From Priestia koreensis (GTDB lineage: Bacteria; Bacillota; Bacilli; Bacillales; Bacillaceae_H): a stretch of 32,000 nt of DNA. Below the pieces are notes generated by a model. That model saw only the letters and a program-made list of their open reading frames with translations, was not told where the DNA came from and did no database searches. The DNA is taken from the NCBI RefSeq assembly GCF_001274935.1, contig NZ_LILC01000016.1:19914-51913 (forward strand), in the 5' to 3' direction. A program made the translations under genes and the position numbers. This document shows, piece by piece, positions 23,401 to 30,912 of the stretch. Every line of letters starts with the position of its first letter. Within the stretch, counting starts at the first letter, position 1.

Positions 23401-24789
23401 TTAATTTATTTGGAAATGGGCGTGAATGTGTTGTAACGCCTGAGACGTTTGAGAGTAAGTGAGCCACTTCTCATGAATTGTTTCGTGTTCTTCACTAATA
23501 ACTTCAACTACATCCATGTCTTGAAGCACCGTATAAATTGGTTTCTTCACTTCATTTATTAAAACACCCGTCATTTTTTTCGCATGATCAGGTTGCAGAT
23601 AAAACGCATAGTCTATTGCCGTTGCTCCCTTAGGAAGGGAAATAGGTGTGAGGCTTTTGGTAAACACAATGACTTGAGTCTGAAACAATTCAAACGCTAA
23701 AACATCCTGTAATTCTGTTTGAATAGGATACAATGAAACAGCTGGAATGATGGCATTTGTCAGTTGCTGAATTCCAAGGTCAGCTTTCCCCTTTTCAAAA
23801 TAAGCAAACGCGCCCTTTTCTTCTCGTTTCTTTTCGTCTTTTGTTTTAATGCAGATGGTTACGAGTACTTCACCAACTAAAACAGTTGTCATTAGCTGTG
23901 AACAAAACAGCGATGTAGGGTTAGCTATTTCATCTTTGAACATCCCTTCAACGGGAGCATGAAGACGATGAAATTTGCCAAGCACTTGATAGCATTCCAA
24001 TATGGTATGGGTAATCACTTCAATCTCGTATACATTTCTTAAGCATACATGTTCCTGCAAAAGTGAATAAGCTTCATAAATAGGCCGCTTTCTAACCGTC
24101 CATTCAGAAATTCCTTCATCATCCAATACCTTTTCCTCTACTAGTACACCTACTACTCGTTTCATTATTACTCCGTACTGATCAACGATTGTCTGCAAGA
24201 CCTCGTATTTTTTCTGATTTATATAGTAAAAACCAAGCTCCTCTAGTTCCTTTTGCCACTTGATTAAGCCTAACCGCTTAGCAAGCGGCGCAAAAAACAA
24301 AAGCGTTTCATTCGCATACGGAATTCTTTTTTCTATTTTTTTAATACCCAGCGTACGCATGTTGTGGAGACGATCAGCTATTTTAACGAGCAGCACTCGA
24401 ATATCTTCCGTTGCAGTACACAAGAGCTTGTTGGCATTTACTGCTGCTCGTTCTTCCTTAGAAAATGTCCCTTTCGTTATTTTTGTAACGCCTTCTACAA
24501 CAAGCGAAACATCATCGCCAAACAATTGACGAATGTCAGAAAGCGTATAATCTGTATCTTCTACTACGTCATGTAGAAGTGCTGCACAAACAGTGATGGC
24601 GTCTGCCCCATACTCCATTACAATTTCACACACATGATACGGGTGCATCACATATGCTTCCCCTGTCATCCTCTTCTGCCCATGATGAGCTCTTTCTGCA
24701 AATACGATCGCTTTTTTCACGAGAAGGCGATCTTCTTCGTCTAGATAAACAGATCGCTCTCTCAATGAGCGTTTCATATCCATCAACAT
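23401..24789 (-). CDS. Rel/SpoT homologue with intact HD hydrolase domain, degenerate synthetase-like domain and TGS domain; lacks the C-terminal helical/ZFD/ACT-RRM region
   Basis: HD motifs: AHHGQKRMTGEAYVMHP, LLHDVVEDT, VEGVTKIT, KIADRLHNMRTL. Synthetase-region remnants: VRKRPIYEAYSLL, NVYEIEVI, GMFKDEI, FCSQLMTTV, VTICIKT. TGS: VIVFTKSLTPISLPKGATAIDYAFYL ... DVVEVIS. The protein ends shortly after at QTSQALQHIHAHFQIN. Confidence 0.85.
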   Translation of the reverse strand: MLMDMKRSLRERSVYLDEEDRLLVKKAIVFAERAHHGQKRMTGEAYVMHPYHVCEIVMEYGADAITVCAALLHDVVEDTDYTLSDIRQLFGDDVSLVVEGVTKITKGTFSKEERAAVNANKLLCTATEDIRVLLVKIADRLHNMRTLGIKKIEKRIPYANETLLFFAPLAKRLGLIKWQKELEELGFYYINQKKYEVLQTIVDQYGVIMKRVVGVLVEEKVLDDEGISEWTVRKRPIYEAYSLLQEHVCLRNVYEIEVITHTILECYQVLGKFHRLHAPVEGMFKDEIANPTSLFCSQLMTTVLVGEVLVTICIKTKDEKKREEKGAFAYFEKGKADLGIQQLTNAIIPAVSLYPIQTELQDVLAFELFQTQVIVFTKSLTPISLPKGATAIDYAFYLQPDHAKKMTGVLINEVKKPIYTVLQDMDVVEVISEEHETIHEKWLTYSQTSQALQHIHAHFQIN

Positions 24790-24911
24790 GTGTCTCTCAT
24801 CCTTTTTTATTTTTGGTTAATATTACCATAAAGTTGTGCTGTTTACACCTGCTTTTTCTCCTGTTATAGTATGACTTTGTGAAGTTTTGAGCGTTAATGT
24901 GTGCACATGCA

Positions 24912-24939
24912 TTGACATATCGAAAAAAGTAGATATAAT
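24912..24939 (+). promoter_or_regulatory. Near-consensus sigma-A promoter driving a leaderless arsR-family mRNA
   Basis: TTGACA (24912-24917) - 16 nt - TATAAT (24934-24939). The ATG at 24947 begins 8 nt after the -10 element, and no SD lies in between (GTGACAC). Confidence 0.65.
24917..24936. promoter_or_regulatory. Operator-like 20-mer, copy 1 (ATATC-N10-GATAT), inside the promoter spacer
   Basis: ATATCGAAAAAAGTAGATAT. It matches the reverse complement of 25282-25301 at 18/20 positions. Confidence 0.5.
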
Positions 24940-24946
24940 GTGACAC

Positions 24947-25261
24947 ATGATGAATAAAAAAATTTTTAAAGCACTGTCCAATGATACGCGGTTAGAAATC
25001 CTTGACTGGTTGAAAAATCCTCATGAGCATTTCGATAAACCAGAAGCATTGTTATCGAAAAATTTGAGTGATAAGGGTGGCGTATGTGTAGGAGATATTC
25101 AAGAGAAATCAGGATTATCTCAGTCAACGATTTCATCATACTTGTTCATGCTTCAAGAAGCAGGCTTATTAGAGTCAGAGCGTCATGGGAAATGGACGTA
25201 TTATCGCCGAAACGAAGAGGCGATTAAACGTTTAGCTGATGACATAAAGGAACGGCTTTAG
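24947..25261 (+). CDS. ArsR/SmtB-family winged-helix transcriptional regulator
   Basis: FKALSNDTRLEILDWL ... VGDIQEKSGLSQSTISSYLFMLQEAGLLESERHGKWTYY is the canonical ArsR HTH. No obvious alpha3 CxC or alpha5 metal site is seen. Confidence 0.88.
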   Translation: MMNKKIFKALSNDTRLEILDWLKNPHEHFDKPEALLSKNLSDKGGVCVGDIQEKSGLSQSTISSYLFMLQEAGLLESERHGKWTYYRRNEEAIKRLADDIKERL

Positions 25262-25281
25262 GCTGTCCCTTACAGGCTTTC

Positions 25282-25301
25282 ATATCTATTTATTTCGATA
25301 T
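25282..25301. promoter_or_regulatory. Operator-like 20-mer, copy 2, between arsR-like gene and the DUF606 pair
   Basis: ATATCTATTTATTTCGATAT. Its reverse complement ATATCGAAATAAATAGATAT matches copy 1 at 18/20 positions. Confidence 0.5.
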
Positions 25302-25339
25302 ATAGATTTATAAACCAACAAAAGAAGGAGGATCACCCT

Positions 25340-25771
25340 GTGAACAAAATTATTTTTTACGTACTTGCACTCGTTGCCGGAATGCTGCTTAGTACAGAAG
25401 GAGCCATTTACGGTGAGCTAGGAAAGATTATCGGTAAGTTTGAAAGCAGCTTTTATAATTTCTTTGTCGGTAGTATTATTTTATTCCTAATTATTATGTT
25501 CTTCGGAAAAGGAGAACTTAGTCAAACCTTTAAAGTACCACGCTGGTACCTATTGGGCGGTATATTTGGCGTCGGGTATTTAAGTATTCTTGTATTTGGA
25601 ATTCCAAAGGTTGGCGTCGGGATCTCAATGATTGCGGTTGTCGTTGGACAAATGATCGCAAGTATTCTGATTGAACACTTTGGTTGGATGGGCAGTAAAA
25701 AGCGTAAAATTACGCCAAAACGTGGGTTAGCCATTCTCTTTATGCTTGTTGCATTATTCTTTATTTACTAG
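25340..25771 (+). CDS. DMT-superfamily YdcZ/DUF606 half-transporter (143 aa, about 5 TM)
   Basis: GTG start with GAAGGAGGA 7 nt upstream. The motifs GAIYGELGK and GQMIASILIEHFGWMG are typical of DUF606. Confidence 0.75.
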   Translation: MNKIIFYVLALVAGMLLSTEGAIYGELGKIIGKFESSFYNFFVGSIILFLIIMFFGKGELSQTFKVPRWYLLGGIFGVGYLSILVFGIPKVGVGISMIAVVVGQMIASILIEHFGWMGSKKRKITPKRGLAILFMLVALFFIY

Positions 25772-25784
25772 GAGGCGAATCGAG

Positions 25785-26240
25785 TTGACAATTATACCTG
25801 TACTTCTCACTTTCTTAGGCGGTGTCCTACTAAGTGGGCAATCTTCTGTGAACGGAAAACTGAGTAATCGTATTGGAACACTAGAAACTGCTTTTATTAC
25901 CTTTATGAGTGGTTCTCTATTTTTAGCCCTATGGCTTATTTTCTTCGGAGACGGAAATTTACTAAACATCGCGCACGCACCGAAATGGCAGCTTATTGCC
26001 GTATTCTTCGGCGTCGGCTATTTATTTTTAACCATTCTAGCTGTCCCAAAAATTGGCGTTACCGCTGCGAACATTACGGCGATCGTCGGACAAATTGGCG
26101 CTGGGTTTATCATTGACCAATTCGGCTTATTTGGCGGCGAAGTCATTCACTTTGACTGGTCTCGCCTAGTCGGCCTGATCTTCATGCTACTAGCACTCGT
26201 ACTCATCTTTAGTGATAACGAGGGCTCAAAATCATCATGA
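25785..26240 (+). CDS. DMT-superfamily YdcZ/DUF606 half-transporter, second copy (151 aa)
   Basis: Start moved to TTG 25785, with GGAGG 9 nt upstream that overlaps the stop of the first copy. It is paralogous to the first copy (SVNGKLS, GQIGAGFIIDQFGLFG). Confidence 0.72.
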   Translation: MTIIPVLLTFLGGVLLSGQSSVNGKLSNRIGTLETAFITFMSGSLFLALWLIFFGDGNLLNIAHAPKWQLIAVFFGVGYLFLTILAVPKIGVTAANITAIVGQIGAGFIIDQFGLFGGEVIHFDWSRLVGLIFMLLALVLIFSDNEGSKSS

Positions 26241-26243
26241 TTG

Positions 26244-26284
26244 AAAAAGAAACGATCCGATAAGATGGATCGTTTCTTTTTTAT
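26244..26284 (+). terminator. Rho-independent terminator
   Basis: AGAAACGATCC-GATAAGAT-GGATCGTTTCT is a perfect 11-bp stem followed by TTTTTTA. Confidence 0.85.
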
Positions 26285-26384
26285 GACTAAAAAATGTATT
26301 GATCTTCTCTCCTCTACCATTTAGTCTGAAGATATACATATTATTCTATCTGCTAGGACGACTACTTCTAAAAGGAGACTTGCT

Positions 26385-26876
26385 ATGATTATTCGAGAAA
26401 TGGAACCAAAAGACAATGCCGTCGTAAAAGAAATTATTCAACACTCTCTCAAATCACTTGGCTTAGACATCCCTGGCACCGCCTACTTTGATCCTCAGCT
26501 AGACGATCTGCATCATTACTATACTCATTTATCAAACGCTCACTATTGGGTTGTCGAAGTAGCAGGCACTGTTGTAGGTGGGGTTGGGATTGCTCCGTTT
26601 GATGAAGCAGACGGCGTTTGTGAACTTCAAAAGCTTTACTTAACGCCAGACGTTCAAGGTCTCGGCTTAGCAAAAAAGCTAATGGAGACAGCGCTCGATT
26701 TTGCAAGCAAGCACTATGATAAATGCTACTTAGAAACACAGCACGCCCTAGCACCCGCATGTCGTTTATACGAAAAATATGGCTTCTCTCTGCTCGAAAC
26801 ACCACTACAAGGATCTGAACATTCAGCCATGGATGCATGGTATTTAAAAGATCTTCGTAAAAAAGCCGTGCAATAA
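26385..26876 (+). CDS. GNAT family N-acetyltransferase
   Basis: LYLTPDVQGLGLAKKLMETALDFA (Q/RxxGxG/A motif) and YEKYGF. SD is AAAGGAG. Confidence 0.85.
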   Translation: MIIREMEPKDNAVVKEIIQHSLKSLGLDIPGTAYFDPQLDDLHHYYTHLSNAHYWVVEVAGTVVGGVGIAPFDEADGVCELQKLYLTPDVQGLGLAKKLMETALDFASKHYDKCYLETQHALAPACRLYEKYGFSLLETPLQGSEHSAMDAWYLKDLRKKAVQ

Positions 26877-26909
26877 GTTTATTGACTAGCCAATATGTGA
26901 ACGAATAGA

Positions 26910-26945
26910 AAAGAGCTCATCGCAGAAAGCGATGAGCTTTTTCAT
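26910..26945 (+). terminator. Rho-independent terminator
   Basis: GAGCTCATCGC-AGAAA-GCGATGAGCT stem followed by TTTTCATTT. Confidence 0.8.
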
Positions 26946-27056
26946 TTATTCAAATAAAGTTTAAAGCACTATGCCGCATCATCACAGACTGCCCTAATGA
27001 AAGCCCTATAATCGGACATACTAACCATAGCCTATCATTGAAAGGAGTTTGACTCG

Positions 27057-27680
27057 TTGATTGCTCTCATTTTGAAATTAACACTTTCCTTTTTTGCCGT
27101 GATGAATCCGCTCGGAAATATTCCAATTTTTATTACTTTAACGAACGGTTATTCCGTAGAAGAAAAACGACGTAATGCGCGAAAAGCGGCCGTGATCTCG
27201 TTCATTATTTTGACCGTCTTTTTAGTGCTCGGAAAATACATTTTTTCAATGTTTGGCATTACGATCCATGCTTTTCGAGTCGCAGGCGGTATTTTAATTT
27301 TCGGCATCGCCTATAACCTGCTACAGGCAAAGCACTCTAGTGCCCAAAGCCCTCATCCTCATGAACAAAAAGAAGCGGAGAATCAAAATGATATTTCAAT
27401 TACCCCCCTTGCAATTCCAATTATGGCTGGACCAGGGACGATTGCCACCGTTATGTCACACAGCACATCCTATCACCTTGAAAAAATGATCAGCGTTTTT
27501 ATTAGCTACACGCTCATTCTTGCGATTACATTTGTGCTGTTTTATTATTCAACGGCCATTATTTCAAAGCTTGGCCAAAATGGACTGAACGTCATTTCTC
27601 GTCTAATGGGGTTAATTTTAGCCGTCATGGCCATTCAAATGATTGCTGGTGGGATACACGGTCTGTTTCCTCATCTGTAA
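27057..27680 (+). CDS. MarC/UPF0056 family integral membrane protein
   Basis: TTG start with AAAGGAG 9 nt upstream. FFAVMNPLGNIPIF and ITPLAIPIMAGPGTI are hallmark MarC motifs. Confidence 0.85.
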   Translation: MIALILKLTLSFFAVMNPLGNIPIFITLTNGYSVEEKRRNARKAAVISFIILTVFLVLGKYIFSMFGITIHAFRVAGGILIFGIAYNLLQAKHSSAQSPHPHEQKEAENQNDISITPLAIPIMAGPGTIATVMSHSTSYHLEKMISVFISYTLILAITFVLFYYSTAIISKLGQNGLNVISRLMGLILAVMAIQMIAGGIHGLFPHL

Positions 27681-28141
27681 ACAGGCAGCTTTTCCTCCTC
27701 AATAAATGAAAGAGGAGCAGATAAGCGTACATAGCTTTTGATGTGTTCATGAATGTTGGGATATAGCACCACTTGATCAAGCTGATCGAGTGGAATCCAC
27801 TTCACATCGGTTTGGTTAGGATCTGGAGACGGGGACATTTTCGGCGTGCCCCCTCCCTTTCTTTTACAATCAAAAAAGAGTGTAAGAGAATGTGTTTCTC
27901 CGTAACGCGCCTCCGCGTGTTGAGGCGCGTATTCATATACAAACGCAAGAGAGGTTACGTCCACATCAATGGATGCCTCCTCTTTTGCTTCTCGTTTTGC
28001 GGCTTCCATTACCGTTTCAAATGGTTCAACTCCCCCACCAGGAAGGTTGTAGTGAAGGCCATTTTCATCATGAAATTCGACTAATAAAATGGACTCATTT
28101 TCAATAATGAGCGCGCTTGATCTGACACGAATGGGATACAT
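27671..28141 (-). CDS. NUDIX hydrolase
   Basis: The Nudix box is GGGVEPFETVMEAAKREAKEEASI. The start is probably the ATG at 28141 (MYPIRV), 9 nt after AAAGG. Its 3' end overlaps the marC-like stop by 10 nt. Confidence 0.85.
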   Translation of the reverse strand: MYPIRVRSSALIIENESILLVEFHDENGLHYNLPGGGVEPFETVMEAAKREAKEEASIDVDVTSLAFVYEYAPQHAEARYGETHSLTLFFDCKRKGGGTPKMSPSPDPNQTDVKWIPLDQLDQVVLYPNIHEHIKSYVRLSAPLSFIEEEKLPVYR

Positions 28142-28163
28142 GAACATCATCCTTTACGAGATA

Positions 28164-28625
28164 TTATAAGTGATTATTTACCGTTCTTCTTTCTTTGATG
28201 GTGGTATTAAGAATGTCTGAGGGAAGGTGGAAACGTAAAAACAGAGGCTCTTTCTTTTGAAGCTCGGATAGATAAACGCTTGCGTATGAACCGATAATAA
28301 CAAAGGTAGGATTTTCTTTGAGGTCTTTTCGTTCACTGATACTCGCTAAAAAACGAATATATTCTTTTGATCCTACCCTGTAATTCAGATGATGACGGTT
28401 AAAATACTGAATAAGTAAAAACTTGCCTTGTCCAATAGTAAAACGATCAATGTCGTCAGTAGACAACCCATGTTTAGATACTTTCGCTTCGTCCAAAATG
28501 GCTGTTTGATGAGAGCTAAGTGGATATAGAGACGCATTATTTGCTTGTTGTTCATTGCGAATCACAATAAACGCAACACTTCCCAATAAAACAACGAATA
28601 TGAGAGCTAGCCTACCCTTTGTCAC
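28164..28625 (-). CDS. Hypothetical membrane-anchored protein
   Basis: The ORF is open to TTG 28661. However, GTG 28625 (VTKGRLALIFVVLLGSV) has a strong SD (AAAGGAGAGAGG) just upstream. There is a single N-terminal TM and no motif I recognise. Confidence 0.55.
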   Translation of the reverse strand: MTKGRLALIFVVLLGSVAFIVIRNEQQANNASLYPLSSHQTAILDEAKVSKHGLSTDDIDRFTIGQGKFLLIQYFNRHHLNYRVGSKEYIRFLASISERKDLKENPTFVIIGSYASVYLSELQKKEPLFLRFHLPSDILNTTIKERRTVNNHL

Positions 28626-28674
28626 ATTTCCTCTCTCCTTTATCACTTTTTTATCATTCAAAAGATGGACTACC

Positions 28675-28791
28675 TTACTCCGGCTTAGGCAATCGTTTGA
28701 ATACCTTCGAAATTAAGTAGCTTGCGAGGTAGAAACCAACCAACAGTGATGTTAAGCGAATAAGAAATTGCAGAAATCCATTATCCACCAA
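28675..28791 (-). CDS. Possible small membrane ORF (38 aa)
   Basis: My translation: MVDNGFLQFLIRLTSLLVGFYLASYLISKVFKRLPKPE. The start is TTG or GTG, preceded by GGGAGGGAATAAGGGTG. It is below the ORF-track cut-off. Confidence 0.3.
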   Translation of the reverse strand: MVDNGFLQFLIRLTSLLVGFYLASYLISKVFKRLPKPE

Positions 28792-28812
28792 CTGAGCACC
28801 CTTATTCCCTCC

Positions 28813-28971
28813 CTAATAAACAATCGCAAAACAAAGTAGTGTAGCAAATACCAATCCGCTTGCCATTTGAACCTTTTGAATCCATGAAAGCTGCCTTAAA
28901 AATTCGCGTTCACGATAGCCTCTATAACACAAAGCCACAATCAATATAAGTACCAAGAACAAATCTGACAT
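28813..28971 (-). CDS. Small hypothetical membrane protein (52 aa, 2 TM)
   Basis: My translation: MSDLFLVLILIVALCYRGYREREFLRQLSWIQKVQMASGLVFATLLCFAIVY. The strong SD AAAGGAGAG lies 6 nt before the ATG. It is below the ORF-track cut-off. Confidence 0.5.
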   Translation of the reverse strand: MSDLFLVLILIVALCYRGYREREFLRQLSWIQKVQMASGLVFATLLCFAIVY

Positions 28972-29053
28972 ATAGATCTCTCCTTTAAACGACGAACAAC
29001 CTGTTTTTTATGTAAAAACCTCGTATCAATAAGAAATGATGAGAGCCTGTTCG

Positions 29054-29941
29054 TTAAGGTGTTAAAAAATTTAAAACATCCGCGGTTAATTGTTTCTGAA
29101 ATTGCTCTCGATCAAATTCTTTAGGGTCTTGAGAAGGTGGAAATGAAGGCGATCTCATCTCTAATGGAAACGGACTTAAAAACGAAAAGTGCCCTGCATT
29201 TTTGATGACCTTATGTTCAATCTGCTCACGATTTGTGATTCCTTTTAAGAGAAATTCAGCGTGAAAAGAAGGCGTAATGTCATCACTTTCACCTGTCATC
29301 ATTAAGATGGGGATACGAACTTTTTTAAGCGCTCCTTCACTTCTAAACCACCCCAAAGCAGGTGCAAGTAAAATGACTTTTTTGATGCGTTCATCTGCTT
29401 CTACGTCTATCATTTGAGGCATTTGATTCTCCGTTTCCCAAGGAAGAGTCGTTGGGATTCCACCGACTAACGCAATTGCTGTATACCCACCCATAGAATG
29501 TCCGATGATCGAAATATCATCAAAATGAACGTGGTGTTTAAACAAATCGCTATTATAAAACCAGTCAATAACACGAGTGATATTTCGGGGTCTACTTTCT
29601 AAAATACTGGCGGAGTTTGCTGAATGATTGTCATGGATATTATTAAATGGATGCTCTGGCATCGCCACAATAAATCCATTCTGAGCTAAGCTTCTAGCTA
29701 AATCTCTGTAGACGAGCGGCGTTCCCCCACTGCCATGAGAGATGATGACGAGTGGGTGCGCGCCACCTATTACCTCTGCATGCATTGAAACGTTTAATTT
29801 ATAAGGCCCTATGTTCTCTTCTTTTTCAAGTGCGTCCGTCGGATACAAGACGAGCATAGGAAACGTCACCCCTAAATGCTCATCGCTAACATCCACTTTC
29901 CGGAAACCGGCAAACTTTGTATGTTCCTTGCTATTTTTCAA
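29054..29941 (-). CDS. Alpha/beta hydrolase (dienelactone-hydrolase / PAF-acetylhydrolase-like)
   Basis: TTG start with GGAGG 7 nt upstream. Motifs are HGSGG, the nucleophile elbow GHSMGG, GESDDITP and a late H (AGHFSF). Confidence 0.82.
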   Translation of the reverse strand: MKNSKEHTKFAGFRKVDVSDEHLGVTFPMLVLYPTDALEKEENIGPYKLNVSMHAEVIGGAHPLVIISHGSGGTPLVYRDLARSLAQNGFIVAMPEHPFNNIHDNHSANSASILESRPRNITRVIDWFYNSDLFKHHVHFDDISIIGHSMGGYTAIALVGGIPTTLPWETENQMPQMIDVEADERIKKVILLAPALGWFRSEGALKKVRIPILMMTGESDDITPSFHAEFLLKGITNREQIEHKVIKNAGHFSFLSPFPLEMRSPSFPPSQDPKEFDREQFQKQLTADVLNFLTP

Positions 29942-29977
29942 TACATAACCTCCGCAAAATAGATATTCGTAGCTACT

Positions 29978-30271
29978 TCATGCTTTAATAAAAAACAGCA
30001 GCACACGTAGTAACAAACGAGCGAGTACAACGACTACGACAATCCAGATAAACTGAACAATCACTTGCACCGCATTAAATCGGCATAAGCTCGCAAGCCA
30101 TACGCCTCCGTAATGAATTGCCGCTACAGATAAACCGAGTACAATCAAAAAAGCTACACTAATAAACGCCTTTTTCATGAAGGTTAACGTCTTTAAAAAT
30201 TCTTTGTTTTGATACACTTTATTTCCGAGCGCCATTAAAAATAGCGCCACCATAATTAGATCTTTCATCAT
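29978..30271 (-). CDS. Hypothetical small membrane protein (97 aa, 3 TM)
   Basis: Hydrophobic ORF with AAAGGGA upstream of tandem ATGs. Confidence 0.55.
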   Translation of the reverse strand: MMKDLIMVALFLMALGNKVYQNKEFLKTLTFMKKAFISVAFLIVLGLSVAAIHYGGVWLASLCRFNAVQVIVQFIWIVVVVVLARLLLRVLLFFIKA

Positions 30272-30339
30272 TCATTCCCTTTATTTATATTCTAAGTTGT
30301 CTTTTTACTAGATAACTATCTACCCTCTACCTTAACATA

Positions 30340-30378
30340 AGAAGTGACTGCTACGTAAACGAGCAGTCACTTTTTTTA
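30340..30378. terminator. Hairpin terminator after the GNAT gene
   Basis: AGTGACTGCT-ACGTAAACG-AGCAGTCACT is a perfect 10-bp stem. A T7 run follows on the plus strand and a T-rich tract follows on the minus strand. Confidence 0.65.
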
Positions 30379-30384
30379 AAAAAA

Positions 30385-30801
30385 TTATCCTTCAAATACC
30401 GTAAACATCCCTGTCATATGTGGAGCGTGATTTTGAAAACCTAGTTTTTCATAAAACCCGTCTTTTCCTTCAGCTGAGAAAAGCCCAACAAAGGCGACTC
30501 CACCGTTTCGTCTTTGCTTAATATAGGCAAGCAACCGCTCCATAATTTCTTTACCGAGTCCTGTTCCTTGATACGTCGGATGAATGGCGACGTCCTGAAC
30601 ATAAAAATACATATGGTTGTCGCCTACAATTCTTCCCATTCCGACCGGCTCTCCGTCAACCGTTGCCACAACACCGTATAACGAATGAGCAAGCGATTGG
30701 CTCGATGTTTCCGTATGGATATTTCCCCAGCCAACTGACTCCCACAAAATTTGGTGCTCGTCAACAGTTGGCATACGCTCATGAATTTTAAAATTAGCCA
30801 T
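30385..30801 (-). CDS. GNAT family N-acetyltransferase
   Basis: VAIHPTYQGTGLGKEIMERLLAYI and YEKLGF. SD is AAGGAGAGG. Confidence 0.85.
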   Translation of the reverse strand: MANFKIHERMPTVDEHQILWESVGWGNIHTETSSQSLAHSLYGVVATVDGEPVGMGRIVGDNHMYFYVQDVAIHPTYQGTGLGKEIMERLLAYIKQRRNGGVAFVGLFSAEGKDGFYEKLGFQNHAPHMTGMFTVFEG

Positions 30802-30912
30802 CCTAACCTCTCCTTCTCTTTTTAAAGAATAAGCGGTTAACGACTACGTCACCGCTTTTAATTCATTCCGATTTTCTTCATGACACACACCACCTTTAAA
30901 TGTTGATTATTT

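Noticed and set aside
23401-24789. The RSH gene as a pseudogene fragment of rel
   Set aside because: The ORF is uninterrupted. It has an SD-like AAGGATGAGAG upstream, ends at a clean stop and is followed by an intergenic region. Divergence is spread across the synthetase region rather than caused by a frameshift, while hydrolase motifs are selectively preserved.
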